Origin: Camelus ferus
Lineage: Eukaryota
NCBI RefSeq assembly: GCF_009834535.1
Contig: NC_045696.1
Location: 7,814,001 to 7,878,000 of the forward strand
Length of the DNA: 64,000 nt
Reading direction: 5' to 3'
The translations under genes were made by a program, and so were the position numbers. This document shows, piece by piece, positions 38,781 to 50,342 of this stretch (position 1 is the stretch's first letter; every line of letters begins with the position of its first letter). The notes beneath the pieces were generated by a model. It saw only the letters and a program-made list of their open reading frames with translations. It was not told the DNA's origin and did not search any database.

Positions 38781-39625
38781 GAGAAAGAATAGATAAATTA
38801 GGCAACAGACAAGGACTCAAAACAAAATTTCTACCCAAACTTCCAATAAGTATCTTAGAGAAATTTTAGAAGATAATTGCATTTATAAGATAAGAATGGT
38901 TGTGCTGAAAAAGGAGCCCTTAGAGAATAAGGAAGAGTTCTTGAAAATTAAAAATATCTCTATCAAAATAAAACCTCTAGTAAAAGGCTTGGAAGAAAGA
39001 GTAAAGGCAATATTCCAGAACAAAAAGATGGAAATAAGAAAGAAAATGTAGATGACGGAGAGGATCAGTTGAGTAAGTTCAGCATTTTATCAGATAGCAG
39101 TTGCAAAAATATAAAAGAAGAAAATTGAAAGGAGGAAATATTCAGAAAAAAATAATAGAAGGAAATTACCAGAGCTTCAAATAAGTCTATCAGAGCTGAA
39201 GAGAAACACAGTCTCAGCTCGAGGGTTCAAAAAATACTGGGCAAGTTGAATATGTCAAATGTCACACCTAGACACAGCCTTCTGAAATGTCCAGACATCA
39301 AACTAAAGGGAAGACCTTAAAAAGTCAAATGCAAAGAACAGGTATCTCTCTATATATATAGATATAGATATAGATACACACACACACACACAAAGGGACA
39401 AGAATCACATTTGCGTTGAATATCCCATCAGCAACCCTGAATGTAAGAAAACAGGACAATGCCTTCAAAGTTCTGAAGGAAAGTGATTTCAAACATAGTA
39501 CTTTAGCAACCTGTCGATCATAGGAGATGGCAAAATAAAGACATTTCATGTATGAAAAGACTCAGAAAGTTTTACCTTCCATGTAATTTGTCTTGGAAAA
39601 TTACTTAAGGATGTGCTCCAGTAAA
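38781..39625 (+). mobile_element. Ancient L1 ORF1-like relic (HAL1/L1ME-like) hosting the young L1
   Basis: A-rich tract with gagttcttgaaaattaaaaatat...catcagcaaccctgaatgtaagaaaacaggacaatgccttcaaagttctgaaggaaagtgatttcaaac. Confidence 0.65.
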
Positions 39626-39629
39626 ATGA

Positions 39630-39860
39630 CAATAATAACTAGTAACTGTTGAGAGCTTACTAAATGCCAGGCACTGTTTTAAACACTTTACATGCATGAA
39701 CTAATTTTATCCTCACAATTACCCTGAGTTGGGTTACTATATTTATCATTTACTCCCATTTCATACACAAGGAAACTGAGACATAGAAAGATTAGGGAAT
39801 TTGTCCAGGGTCATGCAGCTATTACGTGGCAGCCCTGGAAGTTGCACCTAACCACTGGAA
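39630..39860 (-). mobile_element. MIR
   Basis: ttgagagcttactaaatgccaggcactgttttaaacactttacatgc...ggaaactgagacatagaaagattagggaatttgtccagggtcatgcagct. Confidence 0.85.
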
Positions 39861-39891
39861 TTTACCACCTCTTGGAGCTAGAAAGAATCCA

Positions 39892-40200
39892 ATGATGGTT
39901 ACCAAAGGGGAAGGGGGGGTATAAATTAGGAGTTTGAGATGAATAGATACACACTATTATATATAAAATAGATAATAAGGACCTCCTGTATAGCACAGGG
40001 AACAATTTTTGGTATCCTGTAATAACCTATAATGGAGAAGAATCAGAAAAAGAACATACACATATATAAAACTGAATCGGTTTGCTGTACCCCTGAAACT
40101 GACACAACATTGTAAATCAGCTATCCTTCAATTTTAAAAATTTTAAATAAAATGAAAATAAAAATGAAATTAAAGCAATGACAATAATAAAATAAAATAA
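39892..40200 (+). mobile_element. Cetartiodactyl-type L1 3' end
   Basis: atggttaccaaaggggaaggg...aaattaggagtttgag...ggacctcctgtatagcacagggaac...acacaacattgtaaatcagctatccttcaa, then an A-rich tail. Confidence 0.9.
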
Positions 40201-40904
40201 TCCCATGGAGGGAAGACAAGGCTGCAGACACACATAACCCTAACCCAGGAGAAAACAGAAAAGATGTGTCAGGATGAGAGCCACTCAGTGGATCTGGAAA
40301 GCAAGCATTCTAAATTAGGACCAGAAGAACAGATGTTAGGGAGCACAGCTTTGAGGTAAAACCAGATTCTCTTAACAAATAGTGTGATTAGGAAATCTGG
40401 ATGATCTTCTGAGGGGGTGAAGGAATATGCTTCTTTCTTGAACAAATGGTTAAAAAGACAGTTCAGTTACAACTCCATCAAACCCAAGAAACTGTACAAG
40501 GATGTCATGGTTCAATGGGAAGCATCATTTGAGCTAGTGATGAGGCGAAAGAAGAAAGGGTCCAGTTGACCCTGATACCTGGCTCTGTCTCTTTGGAGGG
40601 ACCCAAGTTGATGGCAAAGCATTATATTTCCTTCATAGGTTGAATCACATTGCATGGTTCAGAGACCAATATTTACATAATCACAGTGTTGTAAAAACTT
40701 CATTGGGTTTTGTATTTTAGAACCAACCAATTCTCAGTTATTGCTCTAAATAGAATATAGATGATCAGACCTTGGTGGGACTGAAAGAGAGGGAAGAGAC
40801 GGAAATGAATCAGAGAGACCACATGTCTTCATCACAGAGGATGCAAAGTCCAGTGTTGTCTAAAGTTGATCAACCAAGAGATTTGTGTTTTTGTTGGTAT
40901 TTCA

Positions 40905-41166
40905 TTATTCATTTATTTACATAATTTACTGAGGTGAAATTCACAATCTAGAAATTAGCCATTTAAAAATGAACAATTCAGTGGCATTCAGTACATTCAC
41001 CATGTTGTGCAAACACCACTTCTGTCTAGTTCCAAAACACTTCCATCACCCAAAATAAAACCTCTTACACATTAAGCACTTTCTCTCTGTTGGCACCCTC
41101 CTCCCAGCCCCTGGTAACCACCAATATGCATTCTCCCTCTTTGGATTTACCTATTCTGGATATTTC
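40905..41166 (-). mobile_element. L1MB-like 3' end
   Basis: gaggtgaaattcac...gaacaattcagtggcattcagtacattcaccatgttgtgcaaacaccacttctgtctagttccaaaacac...ggatttacctattctggatatttc. Confidence 0.88.
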
Positions 41167-41372
41167 TTTTTTTTTTTAATTTACATATATGTACTGTTTG
41201 TTGTTTCCGAGAATAGTTTAGAGCTTTAGCTTTTTAAACTTACATAGTTATCAAAGGAATAAAGCCAATCATAGAATAAGAATCAACAGAATGTAGTAAT
41301 CCAATCATAAAGGACAGTCAAATGTGCTTACACATATTCAAGAAATCAATTATCTAAGCTATAAATAATATG

Positions 41373-41442
41373 TAGTTCATTTGAGCCAATTTTTTTTTTT
41401 TAGATTGCACACATAGGCGATATCATATGGTGTTTTTCTTTC
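41373..41442 (-). mobile_element. Short cetartiodactyl-type L1 3' UTR fragment, part of a composite insertion
   Basis: agttcatttgagccaatttttttttttttagattgcacacataggcgatatcatatggtgtttttctttc matches the same segment in the other L1 copies of this window. Confidence 0.8.
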
Positions 41443-41471
41443 CCAAGACATTTTTGATGTACTGTTTAAAG

Positions 41472-41678
41472 CAGAGTGTCTCAGCCTTGGCACCGTTACT
41501 GTTTGGGCTGGAGAACTCTATGTTGTGGCGGCTGTCCTGTGCATCGTAAGACGTTTGGCGGCATTGCTAATGTTAACAGCATCCCCAAGTTGTAACAACC
41601 CAAAACTGTCCCCAGGCATTGCCAAATGCACGCCCCCTCCACCACACACGCCCAAGGGGGTCGCCCCCAGAACTACTG
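41472..41678. mobile_element. MER20 hAT DNA transposon (opposite orientation to the 34704 copy)
   Basis: cagagtgtctcagccttggcaccgttactgtttgggctggagaactctatgttgtgg...ccccaagttgtaacaacccaaaactgtccccaggcattgccaaatg...agaactactg; 8-bp TSD-like gtttaaag/ctttagag. Confidence 0.85.
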
Positions 41679-42120
41679 CTTTAGAGTTATAAATACAACC
41701 AGTAGGAGAACCAAAGGGAATAAAACTAACAAAAGTGGGGAGAAGGTGGGGGTGTTGGGGGTGGTCAAGTAAACTGAGTCACATCTTTCACAGCTACCAG
41801 TTATATGATTTTGGTCTAAGGTTGATACATCAAGACAAGGTGCTTATCGTATTGATGTGGCAGCATTTTGAAAGTTATGTCTGATAAAGTAAGAAATGAA
41901 CCCGCTGGTGGTGAGGTTGTGAGAGGAAACAGAACTGAAACAGGAGCCACAGCTTACAAACCTGTGCTGTGACCCCCAAACAATAATCCATATTAAACCA
42001 TGACACGCGAGACAAACCAAGCTCGTTTAGATCCACGTTCTTAACGAGACCACGGACGAGCTGATCTCAGGTAACTCTGCTCAGATTCACATGTTTTTCA
42101 TGTGTTCTTGAGATAAGACA

Positions 42121-42212
42121 GGGTGGGGGGTAGCTCAGTGGTAGAGCATGTGCTTGGTGTGCATGAGGTCCTGGGCTCAATCCCCAGTGCCTCTGAGAAG
42201 GAGGAAAAATAA
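42121..42212 (+). mobile_element. tRNA-derived SINE (vic-1-like)
   Basis: ggggggtagctcagtggtagagcatgtgcttggtgtgcatgaggtcctgggctcaatccccagtgcctc; TSD-like ataagacagg/ataagatagg. Confidence 0.9.
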
Positions 42213-45200
42213 ATAAGATAGGATGTCGTTCCGGCAACTTGCCTTAATTACAAGTTGACTGGCTCTCCCAAGACTCATCCTCTGATGCACCCATGGAAGA
42301 GCCCCTGCTAACTCCTACACTTTCATCCTTCCTGGTTCCCCATCTGAGATGTTCTGTGGTTCCCCCTGTTCTCCCTTCCAAGCTAGTACACCTAATGGTG
42401 TGTGACTGTGTTCCAGGTGGTCTTAAGCTGGTGAATGTTACCATTTGAAACTTACTTAAAATTTTAGTTTAAAATTGGTTTTACTTGGTTTTAGCTGGTA
42501 ACCAGCCCTGTCGGTTGTCTTTGCTCTGGCCTGCCCGAAATAGCCACCTGCCAAATGGGATGCTTGGATTCGCTCCAGAAGGAACCATGCAAAGGGGTGA
42601 AATTTGGCTTGCCAGCAGGTGTTCCTAATTCCTTAATCACTGCCCTCTTTTCCACTCCAAAGGCGAGCCTGGAGGACTCAGCTTTGGGAGATGGTGAAGC
42701 CAAGGACCCGCCCCCCCGCCCCAAGCCCCGCCGCCAACTTCTGCCTTTGAAGAGGGAAGCCTTCTGTTTATTCCTGCTCTAAGAAGGATTCTCACAAGTT
42801 TCAGGCATTTGATTTTTACAGCAACAGATGTGGCTCTGGTATTCTTTGTTGTGCAGGAGAAGGTGAAGTTGGAGAGATGTGGCAACCTGCCCCAGGCTTC
42901 CTTCCAGGAGGTAGGCAGCTGGTCCCCCCGGGGCCAGCCTGGGCCAGGGAGGGTGGGTGGGGTGTGAGGTGCAGGATGGGGTGAGATGGGCTGGTGGCTC
43001 TATGGAGGCCTGGGTTGGGGGCGGATGAGTCAAAGGCCCAGGGCGGGGGAGGGAGACCACATTCTCATGATGGGGACTCAGGGATGCCCACGCTCCTGTC
43101 CACTCAGAACTTGCATGGCTGCTGTCTCCACCACCTCCCAGGAGCCGTGTCACTTAAGGGGCCACTGAGAGGGGCCTGCTTCCCCTTCCTTCCTCCCCCG
43201 CCCCTTCCACCCAGGTTGTGTCCCAACAGGTGCTCAGTGGGGTCACACAGCTCACACGTCCATTCCGCACCCATGCTGAGACATGCAGCCACTCAGGCCT
43301 GCAGCCTGAATTGCTCCCACCAGGATCCCCACCCCCATCCCTGGAATTTCCTGCAGGCCTTGGGGCCCATAAAGTCGGTCAGGAAGTCACCCCTTCCCTG
43401 GCAGCTTTGGGACAACCCTTATTTTCACACCCCTGTGAGTCTGCCTTGGGACCTACTGTGTGGTGCAGGGGGAGCCCGGCTAGATGTACGTAACTGAGAA
43501 GAGTGGGTTGGGGAAGGGGAGAGGGTTCTCGCTCTTCCAGAACATTCCATGCACACAGGCAGCTGAACCCCAGAGGCCTTCGAGATGAAGAGCCAAGAAC
43601 AGCCTGAGCTCACGATGCAGTGCTTCTCCCGCAGGCTCAGGCCGGGGTTATCTCCTGGGACCAAGATGTCAGGTCCCTAGGTTTTCTCCCCGCTTGTTAG
43701 CTTCTGCCCTTCTTGGGTGAAAAAAAATCAAAACAAACCTGAGCACCGATGCAGTTCCTCCACCAGAATTCTCTCATTGCTCTTGTCTCTGTCTCAGTAA
43801 AACCTGGCCCGCAGCACCCAGGTGACTGACCCAACATGGGCTCCTCGCGTGACCTGCTGGACAGGCGCATCCAGGTGTCTCCGATCCTCCACGCGTTTGT
43901 CACCGTGGAGGGCCAGCCTTCACGTCCCGGGGAAAGGGCGGCATGACTGCTGTCGCCCTGGCTGCCCGGTTCCTTGGACGGCCAGTTCCAGAAGCAGAAA
44001 GAGCCACTCTTCTTGTATGTTTCTGGTTCTCAGACTTAACAAAACCGGTCATTCGTACTCACCCCCGTTAGCTGTCTGTGTAGACTATGGAGCCACGAAG
44101 TTTCTGATCCAGAGAGGTCGCCCTGCCAGCTCTTCTCCAAACAGAATAGCGGGCAGTGGGCAGGAGGAAAAGGGAGACGTTGCAGAAACACAGACGATTC
44201 CTGCCCATGCCTCCTCCCTTTCCATGTTACAACGTGGCTTTTTTTTTTTTTTAATTAAGGGAAAGATGAGCTATTTGTAGGTTAATCAAACTCACTAAAG
44301 GATAAAGCCCCAAATCTGTCTGTCTACTGATGGAACAAAGACATTCTTTTTATTCCAGGTCAGGAAACACTAAAAAGTGCGACTCTCTTAAGTGCCCTGC
44401 TCTTATCAACCACAGCAGAAAGCTAAACATTAGCCTCCTGGTTAATGGGTTTTGCAAGTCAAACATCAGTGTAGGTCAGCTCTCAGTGGCAGCGGCTCAC
44501 CCACCGGTTCCTTTCCATCTCTCCCAACAACTGGGATGGAGACCACCGCTTACCCTCCAGGCTGGCCCTGTATCGCCTGGGGGTTGACTGCCGGCCAGTT
44601 CTCCAACCTGAGATCTGTGTTTTCTAAACCCCGTGGCTCTCAAAAGATTGTTGTCCGGGAGGGACACTGAGGCGTCTAGGGCAGGTCTGTAGCTTTGGGG
44701 ACCATGCAAAGACCATCGGACGTTTGGTTTCCAAAAGCATGGCTCTCAGACTGGCTGCACCCAGGCCTGGCTCAGGCCGAGTCCCGGCCCTCCTTCCCCC
44801 CTGCTCTGCGCGCCTCCCCTGCCCAGCCCCCTTCACCCACCCCGGCCCCCGCCCGTCCTAGCTGGGTCCTGACCTCAGGCGGGAGCGCTTGCCCTGCACA
44901 CTCAGGAGCCTGGCTTCTCAGATTGCTCCTTCTGCCAGTCCCCTTCTGAAAACTCGGGCTTTCCTCTGTTTTCAGAGACACAGTTCCTTCCTACCATCGG
45001 GGCCAGGACACTAGACTGAGGTCTTGCTCCCAAGGCAGCTCCTCCCGTGCTGGGGGTCTTCCCAGTCCATCCTCGGGAGACCTGGCCTTGCTCGCCATCA
45101 CCCCTCCTCCGCCTAGTCTGACCTTTCCTTCCCGAACTGTGGCCTGTTGGCCGGCAGCCTGCCTCGCCTTCTCCCAGCCCAGCTGCCTGCCCCTCGAGAT

Positions 45201-46029
45201 TCCAGACCCTCTCCTCCTCCTGGGTCCCCTGCCAGGACTCCCTAGTCCCACACAGCGGCAGGCTGGGCCTCTCCGTGCTGGCCTGGACTCCCCTCCCTCC
45301 CCAGCTCTGCTTCTGGGCTGAACTTCTCTCCAGCCCTGGGGTCCACCTGGCCCTCATCCCCTGCCCTGCCTGGGGCCCAGGGCTCAGCCCTCCCGGCCTG
45401 CCCGGCCCAGCTGCGTGTCTCAAGTGGCAAGACCCACAGCCAGAGCTGCCCGCCGCCCCTGGGGCCCAGGAGCGGTCCCAGGAAGAACCTCCAGGCCACC
45501 CTTTGGGGAAAATGGTGCGTTCTTTGCTTCAGTGGGTTGGAATTTCCCAAGAGAAAGGGTCTCCTCTTTCCCTTTGAAGACCAGCATAAAATTAGCATGT
45601 TTGTACAGAATGCTGTGCACCCAAGAAGATCCATGTTCTCACAGGCAACTGCTACTCCAGGGCTGAACTCAGGGTCTAGAGGGCAGTTGCCCATTGACTG
45701 GCCAGACCTGCAGGTGCCATGTGAGGTTCAGAAGGTGCTCCGACGTCCCGTTCACATCAGGGTGGGACACGTGGGCCAGCTGCCATCGCCGTGTCTACGT
45801 ATGGCCGGCCTTCCCTTGGTGTTGGCTGAATGGAGAAGCGCCCAAGGGATCGGAGAAGCCAAGGGGGAGGGGAGGGGAGGGGGTTTTCCCCACACTCCCC
45901 TCCCCCAGCCCACCACGGAAAGCAGAGCAATCAGAGCTTTTTAGGAATTAAGCACATCTCTAGTTAGGGGTATTGGGGGCAAATGCAGTCCTCTAGAACA
46001 GAGGATTTAGAGATTCCTGAGGGCATTTG

Positions 46030-46392
46030 GTAAGTGTCCCTCCACAACACAGTGCCATAAGCTGGGGGGCTTCAACAACAGAAATGTCTGTCTTGTAGAT
46101 CTGGTAGGGCTGGCTCCTTCGGAGGCCTCCCTCCTTGGCTGGTGGATGACAGGTCTTTCCCCTGTCCCTTCACTGTCGTCTTCCCTCTATGTGCGTCTGT
46201 GTCCAGTTCCCCCCTTTTTATAAGGACACCAGTCATTTTGGATTGAGGGTCCTCCCTACTCCAGTATGACCTCATCTGAATTGATTACATCTGTAAGGAC
46301 TATTTCCAAATACAGCCTCATTCTGAGGTCCTGGGGGTTAGGAGTTCAACATACAAATTTGGGGGAGGGACACACTTCAAAAACCAATAACG
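46030..46392 (-). mobile_element. MLT1A/B-like solo LTR
   Basis: ggggggcttcaacaacagaaatg...tttataaggacaccagtcattttggattgaggg...gattacatctgtaaggactatttccaaata...cattctgaggtcctgggggttagg. Confidence 0.88.
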
Positions 46393-47419
46393 GGGGACCT
46401 CAGGGGACTTTTGACAGCAGAAGTGATGGGGGATGGGGCATGTATGTTCTCATCATCACACTGAGCTTGTCACCTTATTTCCATGAGATTTATGTTTTTC
46501 TTAAAGGAGGATAAAAATGTGCCCCAAGAGCTGAAATCTCCCATCTTAATTCCATGGTCTTAGTGGGACTCTGGTCCACCTTGAGGCTGGTTGCTGGGAG
46601 GAGTGGGTGGTGGTGCTACCAGGGTGCCCTGGGGTGCATGTTCCAAGAACAGGGAGGCAGGAGACAGGATGCTGCACAGATGGCAGGTAAGAGCCTGCTC
46701 CTGAATGCCGTAGGCATTCCAGAGAAGGAGGGAACGTGCTCCCCGTGGAGGCAAGCTTGCTGCTGGGCCAGTGGCTGGAAGGGTTGGATTAGGGAAGCTT
46801 GAGGGCATTGGGAAGGGAGGAAAGGAGAAGGGTGGGGCTGGGTGTGTTTAAGGATGTGAGTGGTCCAGGTTGGTGGAAGCAGAGGATGCCTCAGGGGCAC
46901 GCGGTGCTGGGCCCCCACTAAGCAGGGCTCAGCTGCCCTGCCACGGAGCCAGACCTTCTTAAGGAGTCAGTCCTGCACTGCTAGGGGTTTTTGATATGAG
47001 AAGTGCCTGTGAAAGTCAGGTTTTCAGACATCTAATCTGTGTCGGAGCGACACAGACAGATCAGGGTGATGAGAGACAGCCAGGGGCAGCCAGGAGTGGG
47101 AAGGAAGGAGGTGGGAAGGGGCCTGGGCACGGCCAAGTCAGAGGGAGCAATGAAGGTGACTGCCCTGCCCGGGGCGTTCTACGGGGGACCCTGGTTATAC
47201 TGATGGGAATAGAGTGCTTAGAGGGAGAAAGGCATTTGCCATGATAGGAGGAGTCACGGAGCAGCAAAAGAAGGCAGGTCTGGAAGCGAGGAGATACGAG
47301 AATAGGATGGAGTTGTAGATTTGGGGGTTGTTCCTGTGACAAACTCAAGGGGCAGAGGGAGCAGTGGGAGTCCCCACAGTTAGTGGGACAAGGAAGGAAG
47401 ATCATAAGCTTCCTGGGGA

Positions 47420-47505
47420 CCATCTGTCACTGCAGCCGTATCCCTGCGCCTGGCAGTGTGCTGGGCGCGTAGTAGGAGCTTAGTAAATACTTGTTTAGTG
47501 AGTGA
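47420..47505 (+). mobile_element. L2 3' end
   Basis: gtatccctgcgcctggcagtgtgctgggcgcgtagtaggagcttagtaaatacttgtttagtgagtgaa. Confidence 0.7.
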
Positions 47506-47597
47506 AGGAAAGCTGGGTTAGAGCCTCAGTGGCCAAGTTTGGAGAGTATTTTAGGAAGGGACAGGTGATCAGCAGTGGAGCAGAACACAGAGACTAT

Positions 47598-48010
47598 CGT
47601 TATCAGTTTCCTGGGGCAGCTGCACAGATCGCCACAACGTGGGTGACCTCAAACAACAGAAGTGTCTTCTCTCACAGTTGTGGGGACTGGAAATTAAATT
47701 CCAAAGGCCCTGGGGGAGCATCCTGCCTTGTCTCCTCCTGCTCTCGGTGGCCCCTGGCGTTCCTTGGCTTGCGGCTGCATCCCTCCAACCTTCGCCTCTG
47801 TCCACGCGTGGGCTTCTTCCCTGTGTCTCCCCCTGTGTCTTCCCCTTTCTGACTCTTCCAGGGACACCTGTCATTGGATTTCGGGCTCGCCATAATCCAG
47901 GATGATTTCGTCTTGAGAGCCTTACCTTAACGACATCTGCAAAGACCCTCATTCCAAATAAGGTCACGTTCTGAGGTTCCAAGTGGACATGAACTTCGGT
48001 AGGGCCACAG
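47598..48010 (-). mobile_element. MLT1C-like solo LTR
   Basis: tatcagtttcctggggcagctgc...aaacaacagaagtgtcttctctcacagtt...gacatctgcaaagaccctcattccaaataaggtcacgttctgagg. Confidence 0.88.
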
Positions 48011-48355
48011 TGACCATTGACTGGCATTTCTGAGAGTGAAAGAAGAGAAAAAAATGCATAAAAGTTAATGATCTGTTTCAGTCTTCGTTTAGAAGTACCG
48101 AAGAAAGAGAGGGAAAAGCAAGGCTGGCGATGTTGGAAGGGCAGGGGGTGGACTGAGAAACAATTATTGCATGGAGCCAGTTTGGAAATAATTGGCAAGG
48201 CTGCCTTCTGTTCAGTTTTAGCAAGAGCAAAGTGACGCTAATTGAGAAAGGAAAAAAAAACACTGGCTGAATTTCTTTTTTCAAAATTGCGGTGACCCTG
48301 GGGGGTTCTATCATGCTGTAGACAAACAATTCTACCATCACTTCAGTTTCAATAT

Positions 48356-48786
48356 TGTATTAGTTGCCCTGGGATTGCTGTAACAAAGTGCATAAACCAG
48401 GGGGCTTGACAGAATTTATTCTCTCAGAGTTCCGGAGACCAGAAGTCTAAAATCAAGGTGTCAGCAACTGACACCTGTAAGGGAGATCCTTCCTTGCCTC
48501 TTCCGGCTTCTGATGTTGCCGGCACCCCCTGGGTGTTGCTTGGCTTGTGAGCATCACTCCAGTCTCTGCTCTGTCGTCCCATGGCCTTCCGTCCCTGTGT
48601 CTACGTCCTAATGCCCTCTTCTCGTCAGGGTACTAGTCATGCTGGATTCAGGGCCCACCCTAATGACCTCATCTTAACATCACCAATTACATCTGCAATG
48701 ACCCTATTTCCAAATAAGGTCACATCCACAGGGACCAATGGTTAAAATTTCAATATATCTTTTTGGGGGACACACAACCATTAACA
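48356..48786 (-). mobile_element. MLT1B/C-like solo LTR
   Basis: tgtattagttgccctgggattgctgtaacaaagtg...ttacatctgcaatgaccctatttccaaataaggtcacat...ttttgggggacacacaaccattaaca; TSD aatat/aacat. Confidence 0.9.
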
Positions 48787-49507
48787 AACATGTTCTGCAG
48801 AGCTGGGAAAGTTCTCCAAAAGCCTTAGAAATCGCACCCCAAAGAATCTAAGAAACTTCATTGGAGGCACAGGGGAATCTGGTATCTGAGTGTAATTACA
48901 CCCAAAGAATTCCCATGTGCAATGAGATTCCAGCAAAAAGCAGCAGTGACTGAAACAGCATATTTGATCCATGGTTGATTGTAGAATCCATGAGAGGAGG
49001 CACATTCAGGACATCTTGGGAGAAAACCAAGGGCACACTCCCCCGATTCTTCTGCCCCAGAACCCCCACCCAACCCCAGGACCCTCCTTGATCATCCCCT
49101 CTAAGCCACAGCGGTCGTGCTGGCCACCAACCCAGTTCTCAGCATCCAGGGTAGAGGGCAAGAGACAGAGACTTTTTTTTCCAGCTTCAACCAGCTCCCA
49201 GATTCTTGGCTTCTGATGGAATCATAAGTGAATGAACTGAAAAGTTTCCCACATAGGCAGCTGGCCCCAAACTACCTAATGCCAGAAATTTCAGAAATAC
49301 AGAATTGTCCAGACCAGCTGCTCAAAGGTGTGGATAAATTGCAAAACAGGTTGGTAGAGGAGATGGTGCAATTCAGGCCTAACCCCTAAGAGGACCAGTC
49401 ATCCTTGGATGCCTGGAATCCTTCCATGACTGGATGGGCAAACTGGGGTCACCCCACAACTGTCCACAGGGTGTCCTGACCCTGGGCCACTGTTTGTAGC
49501 GAATCAG

Positions 49508-49521
49508 GCGCCCCCTGGTGG
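49508..49521 (-). promoter_or_regulatory. Consensus CTCF-binding motif
   Basis: gcgccccctggtgg, reverse complement CCACCAGGGGGCGC, is an exact match to the canonical CTCF core; binding itself is not demonstrated. Confidence 0.65.
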
Positions 49522-49543
49522 ACATTTTTAGTACTCCCCTTTG

Positions 49544-50342
49544 TTTCTTTTTTCTTCCCCTTGCTCTCTTTTCTTTTTTTTAAACAGTTTTTCAATTGAG
49601 TTATAGTCATTTTACAATGTTGTGTCAAATTCCAATGAAGAGCACAATTTTTCAGTTATACATGAACATATATATATTCATTGTCATGTTTTTTTTCACT
49701 GTGAGCTACTACAAGATCTTGTGTATATTTCCCTGTGCTACACAGTATAATCTTGTTTATCTAGTCTACATTTTGAAATCCCAGTCTGTCCCTTTCCACC
49801 CACCACCCCATTGGCAACCACAAGTTTGTATTTTATGTCTATGAGTCTGTTTCTGTTTTGTATTTATGGTTTTTTTTGTTTTTTTTTTTAGATTCCACAT
49901 ATGAATGATCTCATATGGTATCTTTCTTTCTCTTTCCAGCTTACTTCACTTAGAATGACTTTCTTCAGGAACATCCGTGTTGCTGCAGATGGCGTTATGT
50001 TGTCAGTTTTTATGGCTGAATAGTATTCCATTGTATAAATATACCACATCTTCTTTATCCAGTCATCTGTTGATGGATATTTAGGCTGTTTCCATGTCTT
50101 GGCTATTGTAAATAGTGCTACTATGAACATTGGGGTGCAGGTGTCATTTTGAAGTAGGGTTCCTTCTGGATATATGCCCAGGAGCAGGATTCCTGGGTCA
50201 TATGGTAAGTCTATTCCTAGTCTTTTGAGAAATCTCCATACTGTTTTCCACAGTGGCTGTACCAAACTGCATTCCCACGAGCAGTGTAGGAGGGTTCCCT
50301 TTTCTCCACAGCCTCTCCAGCATTTGTCATCTGTGGACTTTT
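49544..50342 (-). mobile_element. Young L1, 3' portion of a 5'-inverted insertion
   Basis: ORF 49888..50265 is the ORF2 C-terminus ([32 protein letters not shown]...YHMRSFICGI); 3' UTR and degenerate T-tail lie to the left; same subfamily as 38143-38764. Confidence 0.96.
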
